In this document: positions 40,084 to 48,949 of the stretch, piece after piece
Numbering within the stretch: the stretch's first letter is position 1
Layout: each line of letters starts with the position of its first letter
Origin: Pseudomonadota bacterium
GTDB lineage: Bacteria > Myxococcota_A > Polyangia > GCA-2747355
DNA length: 64,000 bases
Assembly: GCA_016711215.1 (NCBI GenBank)
Contig: JADJTL010000003.1
Span: 256,709-320,708 of the forward strand
Direction of reading: 5' to 3'
The notes under the pieces: model-generated
The model's database searches: none
What the model was told of the DNA's origin: nothing
Seen by the model: the letters and a program-made list of their open reading frames with translations, nothing else
Program-made: the position numbers and the translations under genes

Positions 40084-40169
40084 GAACCCGCCTTGTCGTC
40101 GCTAGAGGCGAGGAGGTCATCGCCCCCCACCCGAGGTCAGCGCGCCCAACGAGTGCGCCGCTCCGCCAC

Positions 40170-42515
40170 TTATACCGTGAGTAGCCCGGTCTCGAGGAGC
40201 AAGAACACCACCCGCTCGAAGGCTTCCTGCTCGGCTGGATCGTCGAAGCGGCCCAGCAGCTGGCGCAGCGTGACCTCGCCGTTCAGCTTCTCGCCCGCGC
40301 GCCGCGGCTGCTCGCCGAGCCGAAAGACCTCCGGCGGCACCGGCGCCGGCGTGCGTAGCTGCAGGTAGCGATCGAGGTCGAGCTCGAGGCGATTCTGCAC
40401 CAGCTGGCGGTCGATGCGCTGGGCCCCGGCGCCGAGCATCTCGTAGGCATCGAGGCCGAGCGGCGCCGATTCGTGGAGGCACTTCGCGTCGCGGTAGTAG
40501 GCAAAGCTTCCGGTGGTCAGGCTGAAGGCGTTGAGCAGCTTCTCGCGCACCTGGAAGGTCAAATGGCGAATGACCTGCATCGGCCGCATGAGCTTGAGCG
40601 CCACCAGCGTGTCACCCAAGCGACCATCGAAGTGCGGCAGCATCGCCAAAGCCATCGCCAGCTCACCGGCCGAGAGGACCCCGCGCTTGACCAGATACTG
40701 CCCAAAGAGCTCGTCGGCCTGATTGGAGCTGACATAGTGCGGATGCCCGTCCGCGAGGTAGATCTCCTTCGTCGAGCCCCCCTGCGTGAGCACCAACAAG
40801 CCGCTATCCTCGGCGCAGGCCAGTCGGAAGAGCAGGCGGAAGATGCTCTGGGATGGCTGAAGCTTGCCCTCGAGGTCGGGCACCGCTTCGGCGGGGGGCC
40901 GAACACCAATCGGCGCCGTGACCCGGCCGGCGGCGACCTCCTCGGCGCGCGGGGCGGGCGCAGGCTTGGACGGCAATGGTTCTGCGTCGCCGCGCGCTTG
41001 GCGCTCACCGGTGGAGCTGGTGCGGAAATCCAGGTTCGTCGAGCCATCGATCGCGAGCTCCGGCGCCGCCGCCAGGGCGTGCTCGGTGCCAAGCCGCGGC
41101 TCCTCGCCGGTATGCGGCAGCCCCTGCGGCACCGGCATCGGCGTCGGCGGGGGCGCGAGCGCGATCCGTCGCTTGCGCCCGACGACGGCCCCCGTCGGAC
41201 CGCGGGCAGCCTCTGCATGCAGCGCCTCGAGCGGCGGTGGCACGCTCGGGCGGGGGGCGGCAGCCGCGCCTGGCGCGGCGCGTTCATCGCCTCCGTGCAT
41301 CGCATCCATCAGTTGGGCTTGGATCGCCGCCGGGGCCTCAGCGGTCGCCATCGCCGGGATTGGCGGCGTGGTGTCCTCGCGGTCGAGCTCGTCCTGCGCC
41401 CGCGGGTCGCTGACCATCGACATCAGGGGCGGCTCATCGACCTCATTGGCCAGCGGCGGCAGGCCCGGCCCACCGACCGCGGCCAGTCGGTCCCAGGTAT
41501 CCGGCCGCTCGATCAGCGGCCGCTCGTCGAGCAGCCGCTGCATGAAGCGCCGTACGTCCGCCGAGCGCACCATGCGGCGATTTTCGAAGAGGTAGCGGTG
41601 CAGGGCATCGCGAAACACCCCGGCCGACTGGTAGCGCAGCGCCGGCTGGCGAGCCAAGGCGGACTCGATGATCGTCATCAGGTCGCCGGGAATCCGGCTG
41701 CCGAACTGATAGAGCCGATCGAGGCGCGCATCGCGCACCTGCAGCAGCACCTCGAGGTCGTGCTTGGCGATGAACAAGCGCCGAATCATCAGCAGCTCGC
41801 AGAGCACGATGCCCGCCGCGAAGACGTCGGCTCGCCCGTCGATCGGTTGCCCAGATACCTGTTCCGGCGACATGTAGCCGTACTTGCCGCGCAACGCACC
41901 CGTCTCCGAGCGTCTGCCGCTGCCGTGCGCGCGCGCGATGCCGAAGTCGCCGAGCTTCACCTCGCCCAGCTCGGAGATGAAGATATTGGAGGGCGAGACG
42001 TCGCTGTGTACGAGACCCAAGCGCTGCGCCGCCTCGTCGCAGAGTCCGTGGGCGAAATCGAGCGCGTCCAGCACCTCGGCCATGATGTGCACTGCGATCG
42101 CCGTGGTCGGCCGCACGCGCCGCCGAGCGCAAGCGCGTAGCAGCTCGAGCAGGTCCATCCCCGAGACGTACTCCATCGCGATGTAGTAGTGCCCGTTGAC
42201 CTCGCCGAAGTCGTGGACCTGGACGATCTTCGGGTGATTGAGGCGCGTCATCATCCGCGCCTCCTCGATGAACATGGCGACGAACTCACGATCCCGGCCC
42301 AGGTCGGGCAGGATGCGTTTGATCACCAGCGTCTTCTCGAAGCCATGGGCGCCGAAGCTACGCGCGCGGAAGATCTCGGCCATGCCGCCGACGGCCAACC
42401 GCTGCTCTAAGCGATAGCGACCGAACTGGATCGGCTCGAACGTCTCGGGCTGCACCACGCAGGCGATGCTATCACGGCTGGGCGATCGGTGAGAACCTGC
42501 AGCGGACGAATCCAA
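40170..42515 (-). CDS. Ser/Thr protein kinase with long Pro/Ala-rich linker and a C-terminal DUF4388-like domain
   Basis: Kinase domain with VAIK-like LVIKRI and atypical catalytic loop LVHSDVSPSNIFI (HSD, Lys replaced by Ser). DFG (LGDFG) and SPE present. The C-terminal approximately 200 aa domain is common in myxobacterial kinases. Confidence 0.8.
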   Translation of the reverse strand: MDSSAAGSHRSPSRDSIACVVQPETFEPIQFGRYRLEQRLAVGGMAEIFRARSFGAHGFEKTLVIKRILPDLGRDREFVAMFIEEARMMTRLNHPKIVQVHDFGEVNGHYYIAMEYVSGMDLLELLRACARRRVRPTTAIAVHIMAEVLDALDFAHGLCDEAAQRLGLVHSDVSPSNIFISELGEVKLGDFGIARAHGSGRRSETGALRGKYGYMSPEQVSGQPIDGRADVFAAGIVLCELLMIRRLFIAKHDLEVLLQVRDARLDRLYQFGSRIPGDLMTIIESALARQPALRYQSAGVFRDALHRYLFENRRMVRSADVRRFMQRLLDERPLIERPDTWDRLAAVGGPGLPPLANEVDEPPLMSMVSDPRAQDELDREDTTPPIPAMATAEAPAAIQAQLMDAMHGGDERAAPGAAAAPRPSVPPPLEALHAEAARGPTGAVVGRKRRIALAPPPTPMPVPQGLPHTGEEPRLGTEHALAAAPELAIDGSTNLDFRTSSTGERQARGDAEPLPSKPAPAPRAEEVAAGRVTAPIGVRPPAEAVPDLEGKLQPSQSIFRLLFRLACAEDSGLLVLTQGGSTKEIYLADGHPHYVSSNQADELFGQYLVKRGVLSAGELAMALAMLPHFDGRLGDTLVALKLMRPMQVIRHLTFQVREKLLNAFSLTTGSFAYYRDAKCLHESAPLGLDAYEMLGAGAQRIDRQLVQNRLELDLDRYLQLRTPAPVPPEVFRLGEQPRRAGEKLNGEVTLRQLLGRFDDPAEQEAFERVVFLLLETGLLTV

Positions 42516-42592
42516 GCGCCGGCAGGCCGCTCAGCGGGGTGGCCTGCACCAGGGCCCGGCGCGCAGCGGCAGCGGGCGCCGAGATGCGCGCG

Positions 42593-43414
42593 TCACGCCC
42601 CCGCGGCGGGCGTGGCCAGCGCCTCGGCCACGCTCTCGACCGCGCGCACCGGCAAGCCCGTCGCCGCAGCGCAGCTGGCCAACGCCTGATCGCCTTCCGG
42701 CATCACGACCCAGATCTGGCGCCCCGCGAGCGACTCCCCCTGCTCGACCAGCTCAACCAAGCGTCGCAGCGCAAGCTCGAGCAAGGGGGCCGGCGCCTCT
42801 CCCAGCGCCACGTCGACCAGCAGGTAGCGGGCGTCGTGAATCACCGCCAGCATCAGCCAGCGGCCGAGCGCGTCGTCCAGCGCCGCAGCGTCGGGATCGC
42901 CCACCAGCCAGAGCGCCGCCAGCGAGGGCCGCAGCAGACAAACCAGCTGACTCCTCGTCAGGAGCGCGCGGCGCCGCGCCAGGGCCTGGTCACGCAGGCC
43001 GCTGGCGTGGGCCTCCGCCAACACCAGCGCAAAATCGTCGGCGAGGGGCGCGGGGAGCGCGAGCACGTCACGCAGGGCGTGCGCCAACGCGAGGACCGCA
43101 CCGAGCGGCCACTGCTGGCCCGCGATCCAGCCCGCGAGGAAGGCCAGGCGCTGAATCGACTCGCGCCACGAAGGCGTCCCGGTGGCCAGCGTCGACGACT
43201 GCGCCAGGCCCTCGGCGAGCGCCTCGAGGACGGTCACACAGCGCGCCTGGAGCTGACTACGCTGCGCTGGGGCCAGGCGCAGCGCCCAGCAGCACCTGGC
43301 CGCCTGATCGATCCAGCGCTCGGCCAGCGCGCTGCGGTCGCCGCCGAGGATCAGCCGCAACGCCTCGATCAAGGGCTGGTCTGCCAGCTGTTGCACCCGC
43401 TCCACCTCCTCCAT
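42593..43414 (-). CDS. Hypothetical protein (Ala/Leu-rich, no recognisable domain)
   Basis: ORF between the kinase and the PP2C gene. Start chosen at MEEVERVQQL. The longer ORF runs into the 11-bp repeat array. Confidence 0.3.
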   Translation of the reverse strand: MEEVERVQQLADQPLIEALRLILGGDRSALAERWIDQAARCCWALRLAPAQRSQLQARCVTVLEALAEGLAQSSTLATGTPSWRESIQRLAFLAGWIAGQQWPLGAVLALAHALRDVLALPAPLADDFALVLAEAHASGLRDQALARRRALLTRSQLVCLLRPSLAALWLVGDPDAAALDDALGRWLMLAVIHDARYLLVDVALGEAPAPLLELALRRLVELVEQGESLAGRQIWVVMPEGDQALASCAAATGLPVRAVESVAEALATPAAGA

Positions 43415-43467
43415 CTGGGTTCCATCTGGGTTCCGTCGGGGTTCCGTCTGGGTTCCGTCTGGGCCCG
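43414..43467. repeat. 11-bp tandem repeat (TCTGGGTTCCG) x about 5
   Basis: Direct reading. The period is not a multiple of 3, so it is unlikely to be coding. Confidence 0.85.
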
Positions 43468-43580
43468 CGACCACGCCGCGTGGCGCGGCGGCAAGGCGCG
43501 CGCTGGCCTGGCAACCCACGAGTCTGTAGAATGTCGCGCTATGCGGTCAAGCGGCGATCTACGGGGAAAGCGCTGAGCTG

Positions 43581-44384
43581 ATGGTGCTGCGTTCCTACGG
43601 CGTCTCGGATATCGGCAAGCGGCGGCCCGTCAATGAGGATAGCTTCCTCAGCGACGACGAGATCGGGCTCTACCTGGTCGCCGATGGCGTCGGCGGCCAC
43701 GCCAAGGGCGAGGTGGCCAGCGCGCAATCGGTAGAGGAGGTCCACGGCTACGTCCGCGACGCCTTCGACTGCATCGAGGCGCTGCGCCGCCACCCGGGGC
43801 GCGACGAGCTCGCCGCCGTCCGGCGGATGTTCGAGAGCGCCGTGCAATCAGCCGGCTACATGGTCTTCGGCATGGCCGAGCTCGACCCAGCGCACCACGG
43901 CATGAGCACGACGATGAGCGCGCTGCTGCTGATCGACGGCCTGGCGTTGATCGCGCAGGTGGGCGACAGCCGCGTCTATCGGCGGCGCGGCGAGGAGACT
44001 GCCCAGCTCACCGAGGATCACACGCTGCTGAACTATCGGCTCAAACACGGGTTGCTCTCGCCGCAAGAGGCCCGTCAAGCGCCAGGGAAGAACGTGATCA
44101 CCCGTGCGGTTGGCCACCGCGACTACGTCCAAGTCGACACCTTGATCTGCGACGCCCGGGTCGGCGACCGCTTCCTGCTCTGCTCGGACGGCCTGCACGG
44201 GCACCTCAGCGACGACGAGGTCGGTGCACTCCTCGCCTTGGCGGCCGCGAAAGACGTGGCCCACTCGCTGGTCGAACTGGCCAACGACCGCGGCGGCCGC
44301 GACAACATCACGGTCTTGGTCGTCGACGCGCTGGACCCTGCTGCGGCGGCGGGAGACCCCAGGGACCCAGCTCCCGCTGAATGA
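43581..44384 (+). CDS. PP2C-family Ser/Thr protein phosphatase
   Basis: GVSDIGKRRPVNEDSF...LYLVADGVGGHAKGEVAS...DGLHGHLSDDEV...GGRDNITVLVVD. Canonical PPM motifs. Confidence 0.85.
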   Translation: MVLRSYGVSDIGKRRPVNEDSFLSDDEIGLYLVADGVGGHAKGEVASAQSVEEVHGYVRDAFDCIEALRRHPGRDELAAVRRMFESAVQSAGYMVFGMAELDPAHHGMSTTMSALLLIDGLALIAQVGDSRVYRRRGEETAQLTEDHTLLNYRLKHGLLSPQEARQAPGKNVITRAVGHRDYVQVDTLICDARVGDRFLLCSDGLHGHLSDDEVGALLALAAAKDVAHSLVELANDRGGRDNITVLVVDALDPAAAAGDPRDPAPAE

Positions 44385-45520
44385 GCGGCGCCAGGCCCAG
44401 CGGCGCTCGCGGCGGCGACGCCTGGGAGGGCGGCCCGCTACCGGCGCTCTCGCGCCTGCGCCTCGGGGTCTGGCCGACCCGAGTGCACCCTCTCCCTGCC
44501 CTGAGCCAGCGGCTCGGCTTCGAGCTGTGGGTCAAGCGCGAGGACGAGAGCGGCACGGCCCTCGGCGGCAACAAGGTGCGCAAGCTGGAGTTCCTGCTCG
44601 CCGCGGCCCGTGACGCTGGTGCGACCACCGTCGTCACCGCCGGCGCGCTCGGATCGCACCACGTTGCCGCGACCGCCTGGTACGCGCGACAGCTCGGTCT
44701 CCGCTGCGATGCCCTCGTCTTCCCGCAGCCACTCTCGGCGACGGCGAGGCGCTGCCTCGAGCTGACCTGGCGGCTCGGCGCCAGGTTGGAGCCCTGTAAC
44801 GATCGCCTCGGTCTCGCGCTGGCCTTGGCCGATCCGCGCCTACGGCTGGGCCATCGCGGCTACCTGATCGGCCCGGGCGGATCGTCGCCCCTCGGGACCC
44901 TGGGCTACGTCGCCGCGGGTCTCGAGCTCGGAGCACAGGTGGCGGCGGGCCTGCTGCCGGAACCGGCCTGGATCGTCATGGCCCTGGGTACTGGCGGAAC
45001 CCTGGCTGGCCTCGCGCTTGGCACGGCGCTGGCGGGCCTTCGCAGCAAGCTGGTGGGCGTGCGGGTCGTCGAGCGGTTGCTCTGCAACGAGGCCCTGACC
45101 CACGTCCTGATCGAGCGCACCCGCCTCCTGCTCGCGCGCCACGGGAGCGCGCCGCCGAGCGCAGCCCCCTGGCTGATCGACCACGCGCACGCCGGTCCCG
45201 GCTACGGCGTGCCGACACCCGCGGGAGAGCGTGCCTGTCGCCTGGCGCGCGAAGCGGAGGGGCTGTCGTTCGAGGCGACCTATACCGGCAAGGCCTTGGC
45301 CGCCCTCTGGGATGGCGACTCGTTCCGCGGCAAGGCGCCGCGAGCGCAGGCGTCGCCACGGGGCCCGGTGCTCTTCATCAAGACCAATCACGTGCGACCG
45401 ATCGGCGCCCTGATCCGGGCGCTGCCGCCGCGACCGGGGCTCGAGGCTTGCTCGTGGTGGAGCCGGGACGCTGGGCCGGCGGGCCGGGCGACGACGCTCC
45501 GGACAATCATCGGCCCTTGA
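44381..45520 (+). CDS. PLP-dependent enzyme of the ACC deaminase / D-cysteine desulfhydrase family
   Basis: Family signature GGNKVRKLEFLL and tryptophan-synthase-beta-like fold. Start may be internal. Confidence 0.7.
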   Translation: MSGARPSGARGGDAWEGGPLPALSRLRLGVWPTRVHPLPALSQRLGFELWVKREDESGTALGGNKVRKLEFLLAAARDAGATTVVTAGALGSHHVAATAWYARQLGLRCDALVFPQPLSATARRCLELTWRLGARLEPCNDRLGLALALADPRLRLGHRGYLIGPGGSSPLGTLGYVAAGLELGAQVAAGLLPEPAWIVMALGTGGTLAGLALGTALAGLRSKLVGVRVVERLLCNEALTHVLIERTRLLLARHGSAPPSAAPWLIDHAHAGPGYGVPTPAGERACRLAREAEGLSFEATYTGKALAALWDGDSFRGKAPRAQASPRGPVLFIKTNHVRPIGALIRALPPRPGLEACSWWSRDAGPAGRATTLRTIIGP

Positions 45521-45561
45521 CAAGTCGGGGCTCTGGCCTAAGTTGAAGCCCCTCTGAGGAG

Positions 45562-45987
45562 TTGCGCATGCCAATTTACGAGTATCGCTGCGGTGGCTGC
45601 GGCCATGAGTTCGAGGAGTGGCAGAAGATCAACGACGAGCCGGTGAAGAAATGCCCGAGCTGCCGCGGGCGGCGGGTCGAGCGCTTGGTTTCGGCGACCT
45701 CGTTCCAGCTCAAGGGCGGCGGCTGGTACATCAGCGACTACGGGCGCGGCAGCGGCGGACCAGCGAAGCGGGGCGACGCGCGGGGCGATAGCGCGGAGAG
45801 CGCCGAGCAGAGGACCAAGGAAGAGCCGACCACCGGCACGGAGACCGCGAACGCTGGGTCGACCGAGGCGCCGATGAAAGCGGCGGCAAAGCGGAGCAGC
45901 GCCAAGGAAGGCGCCGGCAGCAAAGCGTCGAGCAGCAAAGCGTCGAGCAACAAAGCGTCGAGCAGCGCGGGAACGGCAGCGAGCTGA
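45562..45987 (+). CDS. FmdB-family putative regulatory zinc-ribbon protein with a Ser/Lys/Ala-rich repetitive tail
   Basis: MPIYEYRCGGCGHEFEEWQKINDEPVKKCPSCRG. CxxC...CxxC zinc ribbon typical of the FmdB family. Tail (SKASS)n encoded by a 15-bp x3 repeat at 45918-45965. Confidence 0.7.
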   Translation: MRMPIYEYRCGGCGHEFEEWQKINDEPVKKCPSCRGRRVERLVSATSFQLKGGGWYISDYGRGSGGPAKRGDARGDSAESAEQRTKEEPTTGTETANAGSTEAPMKAAAKRSSAKEGAGSKASSSKASSNKASSSAGTAAS

Positions 45988-46076
45988 GCTCCCTGGCGGC
46001 AGCGCCCGCGCTGAAGGCTGAAGCTGAAGGCCGGCCTACCGCGTCCTCGCTCCGCGGGCGCGTGGTCGGTTTCGCG

Positions 46077-46118
46077 CACTGCATTGAATGCACTGCATTG
46101 AATGCACTTCATTGAAAT
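46077..46118. repeat. 14-bp tandem repeat x3. Each unit contains the palindrome TGCATT-G-AATGCA. Sits at the 5' end of the rhomboid gene
   Basis: Direct reading: CACTGCATTGAATG CACTGCATTGAATG CACTTCATTGAAAT. Arms TGCATT/AATGCA are perfect inverted repeats. Confidence 0.85.
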
Positions 46119-47040
46119 AGAGCCCTTGCTCACCGAGGCCGAGGCCCGCGCGCTCGGCCTCGTGCTGGCCAGCGCGGGAATCCTCTACTCCCTGCGCCCT
46201 TCCCTCAGCGACGACGAAGCCGCAGCTGGCGCCGGTGCGCCCTCGCACTGGTCGCTCGCCGTCTTGCACCGCCAGGTCGATGAGGCGCGTGCGCTGATCG
46301 CCGAGGAACGCGCCACTGCCGCGCCTGAGCTCGCGGACGCCGCGGAGCCCGCGCCGCTGCTTGGCCGCAAGAACTCAAGCGCCTGGGTCATCGGCCTGAT
46401 CCTCGTCAACGTGCTGATCTGGCAAGCCCTCGAGCGTGCCGGTGGCTCGACCCGCCACGACGTGCTGCTGCGCTTTGGCGCGATCACTGCGGAGCGGCTG
46501 AAGGCCGGTCAGTGGTGGCGCTCGATCACCGCCGTCTTTCTCCACATCGGCAGCACCCACCTGGTTGCCAACTGCGTCGTGCTCTTGGTGCTCGGACTGC
46601 TCGCGCTACGCAGCTGGGGACCGGGACGAATGCTCTTCCTCTTCGTGGCCGCCGGCTGCGGGGGCAACTGGGTCGGCTACGTCTTCGGCGATCCACTCGC
46701 GCTCAAGGCTGGCGCCTCGGGCGCGATCCTTGGCCTGCTGGGTGGCCTCGCCGGGGCACGCCTGCGCGAGCTGCTGCGGCGGGGTCAGCGCTCGCGCTAT
46801 CGCCTTTGGCACATTCCCGCGATGGTGCTCGCCTTTTACGGGCTGGTGATCGGCGTCAGCCCCGAATCCGATCACGTCGCCCATATCGGCGGGCTCTTGA
46901 CGGGTACCCTGGTGGCGCTGGGCTGGCCCCTTCCGGGAAGCCTCAGCCTGCGAGGCGAGCGGACGCTGCAGTGGCTGCTCGCCGCCGCAGCGCTGGTCGC
47001 CAGCGCGCTCGCTGCCTACCTTGCGCTGAGTGCTCGCTGA
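46102..47040 (+). CDS. Rhomboid-family intramembrane serine protease with an N-terminal cytoplasmic extension
   Basis: Catalytic Ser motif GASGAILGL and His motif AHIGGLLTG. About 6 TM helices in the C-terminal half. The annotated ATG lies inside the palindromic repeat, so the real start may be downstream. Confidence 0.8.
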   Translation: MHFIEIEPLLTEAEARALGLVLASAGILYSLRPSLSDDEAAAGAGAPSHWSLAVLHRQVDEARALIAEERATAAPELADAAEPAPLLGRKNSSAWVIGLILVNVLIWQALERAGGSTRHDVLLRFGAITAERLKAGQWWRSITAVFLHIGSTHLVANCVVLLVLGLLALRSWGPGRMLFLFVAAGCGGNWVGYVFGDPLALKAGASGAILGLLGGLAGARLRELLRRGQRSRYRLWHIPAMVLAFYGLVIGVSPESDHVAHIGGLLTGTLVALGWPLPGSLSLRGERTLQWLLAAAALVASALAAYLALSAR

Positions 47041-47059
47041 AGCCGCGAGCCAGGTGTGA

Positions 47060-48202
47060 TCAGTAGCCGGACTGGGCGCAGATCCCGCCCGCGGCGGTTG
47101 GCATTACGCCCATCGGAACACCAGTATCCACCGCGCTGATGGTTGCGGAATCGGTGGAGTTGACGCGGATCTCTGCGATCTCGAAGGTCTCCCCCCACGA
47201 CAACGAATCGCCGTCCTCGACCATCCGCAGGACGATCGCGCGCGCCGTCGGCAGCTTGGCCCCGGCGAGATCGATCAGCTCCTCGCCTCCGGACCCCATG
47301 AGCTTGGAGGCTACGAACTGCCAGCCCTGCGGATCGCTGCTCGAGACGGGCGAGGTCGGCAGGTCGCCCGGGGTGGCCCCCGAAGCCACCGCCACCTGGT
47401 ACTCGCTGGCGTAGGTCCTCCCCGAGGCGCTGCGCGCGTCCTTCCAGACGACCGCGATCGATGAGAGCGGGTAGGCCTTGTCCAGCGCGAGGTGGATCTG
47501 CACCGGTATGTCGCTGAGCGCATTTGCGCCCCACCCACTCCAGTCCGTCTCCGATTCATAACGCGCATAGGTCGCCGGATTGCCGTCGACCATCGCCTCG
47601 GCGCTGCCGCTCGTCGACGCCAGCGCCTGGGCAGGGGCGTGCTCGGAGACCACCTTCACCACGCGCACCGGAACGCTGGAACCGCTGGCCGCGCCAAGTT
47701 CACCAGCCGTGCGTAGGACGGTGGCCTCGGCAAGCGCAAGGCCACGCTGGGCTGCACAGCCGACCTGGCGGGTGATGGTCTGTCGGGCGGGCGGACTCTG
47801 GCGGTGCTCCCCGTTTACATAGACCGAAATGGCGTTCGGCCCCTGGGCCAGACCGACCGCGACACAGAAGCGACCCGTCTGCGCGTTCGAGACGGTGACC
47901 CAGGACCCGAGCGGCGTGGTGCCGACGATCGTCTGCCCGGCGAGCGCCCGACCGGTGATGGCGACGTCCTCGGCGCAGGTCACGGCCTGCGCCACCGGAT
48001 CGAGCAAGGGTGCGCTGAGGACAGCGCTCGTATCGGGGGTGTTCGGGGAGCCAAGGACGCCGGCATCGACCTCGAAGATGCTGGGCGCGTGGCCCTCGCC
48101 GAGCCCGCAACCACCCCAAGAGCCGACGACGACGAGCGCGACCAGTGGCAAACCCACCAATCGTGCCCAAGCCTGCCCTCCGCGCGTTGCCACCTGCCAC
48201 AT
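47060..48202 (-). CDS. Secreted lipoprotein with a C-terminal discoidin (F5/8 type C)-like domain
   Basis: Start chosen at MWQVATRGGQAWARLVGLPLVALVVVGSWGGCG (signal peptide plus Cys). C-terminal beta-sandwich-like segment (...AVVWKDARSASGRTYASEYQVAV...ETFEIAEIRV). The ORF continues upstream through in-frame (MAGAAAR)n repeats to 48793. Confidence 0.55.
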   Translation of the reverse strand: MWQVATRGGQAWARLVGLPLVALVVVGSWGGCGLGEGHAPSIFEVDAGVLGSPNTPDTSAVLSAPLLDPVAQAVTCAEDVAITGRALAGQTIVGTTPLGSWVTVSNAQTGRFCVAVGLAQGPNAISVYVNGEHRQSPPARQTITRQVGCAAQRGLALAEATVLRTAGELGAASGSSVPVRVVKVVSEHAPAQALASTSGSAEAMVDGNPATYARYESETDWSGWGANALSDIPVQIHLALDKAYPLSSIAVVWKDARSASGRTYASEYQVAVASGATPGDLPTSPVSSSDPQGWQFVASKLMGSGGEELIDLAGAKLPTARAIVLRMVEDGDSLSWGETFEIAEIRVNSTDSATISAVDTGVPMGVMPTAAGGICAQSGY

Positions 48203-48206
48203 CGCT

Positions 48207-48300
48207 GTTGCTCCGCCCATTCGCGCTGCTGCTCCGGCCATTCGCGCTGCTGCTCCGGCCATTCGCGCTGCTGCTCCGGCCATTCGCGCTTGCGCCTGCC
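48207..48300. repeat. 21-bp tandem repeat (CATTCGCGCTGCTGCTCCGGC) x about 4. Lies immediately upstream of, and in frame with, the discoidin lipoprotein start. On the minus strand it encodes (MAGAAAR)n
   Basis: Direct reading. Each unit contains an in-frame ATG on the minus strand. Confidence 0.9.
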
Positions 48301-48616
48301 ACGCTCTGATCCAGGCGGCTCCAAGGGCCGTCGGCCGGCTTGAATGCAAAGGGCGGACCGCTGGCGCGCCAAGCCCTTCAATCGAGTTATTCAAGTAGCT
48401 TGAAGCCTTCGGCGGGACTGGAATGCAGGGCAAGGCGAGGGCCCAGCCACGGTCGCCTGGCCCCGACGCGCTCGCGACCTGGCCACTGCGCTTGCCGTCG
48501 AGCGCTGCGCGACGGCAGGGGCGCGGGCCCGCCGACCACTGCGCCAAGGCCCCGCGCGGACGCTGGCCGACCCTGAGTCGGCACGCTATAGTCGCCCCGC
48601 ATTGGAGGAGCGCCTG

Positions 48617-48949
48617 ATGAGCACGATCGAGCAAGAGCAGGGCGGCGGCGCGCCGCAGGTAGCAACGGGCGGAGCGGTCGAGCTTCGACAGCGGATCCAG
48701 CGCGTGATCGACGACCAGATTAACCCCGCGGTGGCGATGCACGGCGGCGTGATCTCGCTGGTCGAGGTCAAGGACCGCAAGGCCTACGTTCACATGGGTG
48801 GCGGCTGCCAGGGCTGCGGTATGGCGGCGATGACGCTATCCGCCGGTGTCCAGTCCCTGTTACTGGAGGAGATACCTGAGCTGGAGGCGGTGGTCGACAT
48901 GACCAATCACGCCGATGGCGACACGCCCTATTTCCCCGGCAGCGAGTAG
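48617..48949 (+). CDS. NifU-like (Nfu-type) Fe-S cluster assembly protein
   Basis: Conserved CxxC motif GGGCQGCGMA within a NifU C-terminal-like fold. About 110 aa. Confidence 0.75.
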   Translation: MSTIEQEQGGGAPQVATGGAVELRQRIQRVIDDQINPAVAMHGGVISLVEVKDRKAYVHMGGGCQGCGMAAMTLSAGVQSLLLEEIPELEAVVDMTNHADGDTPYFPGSE

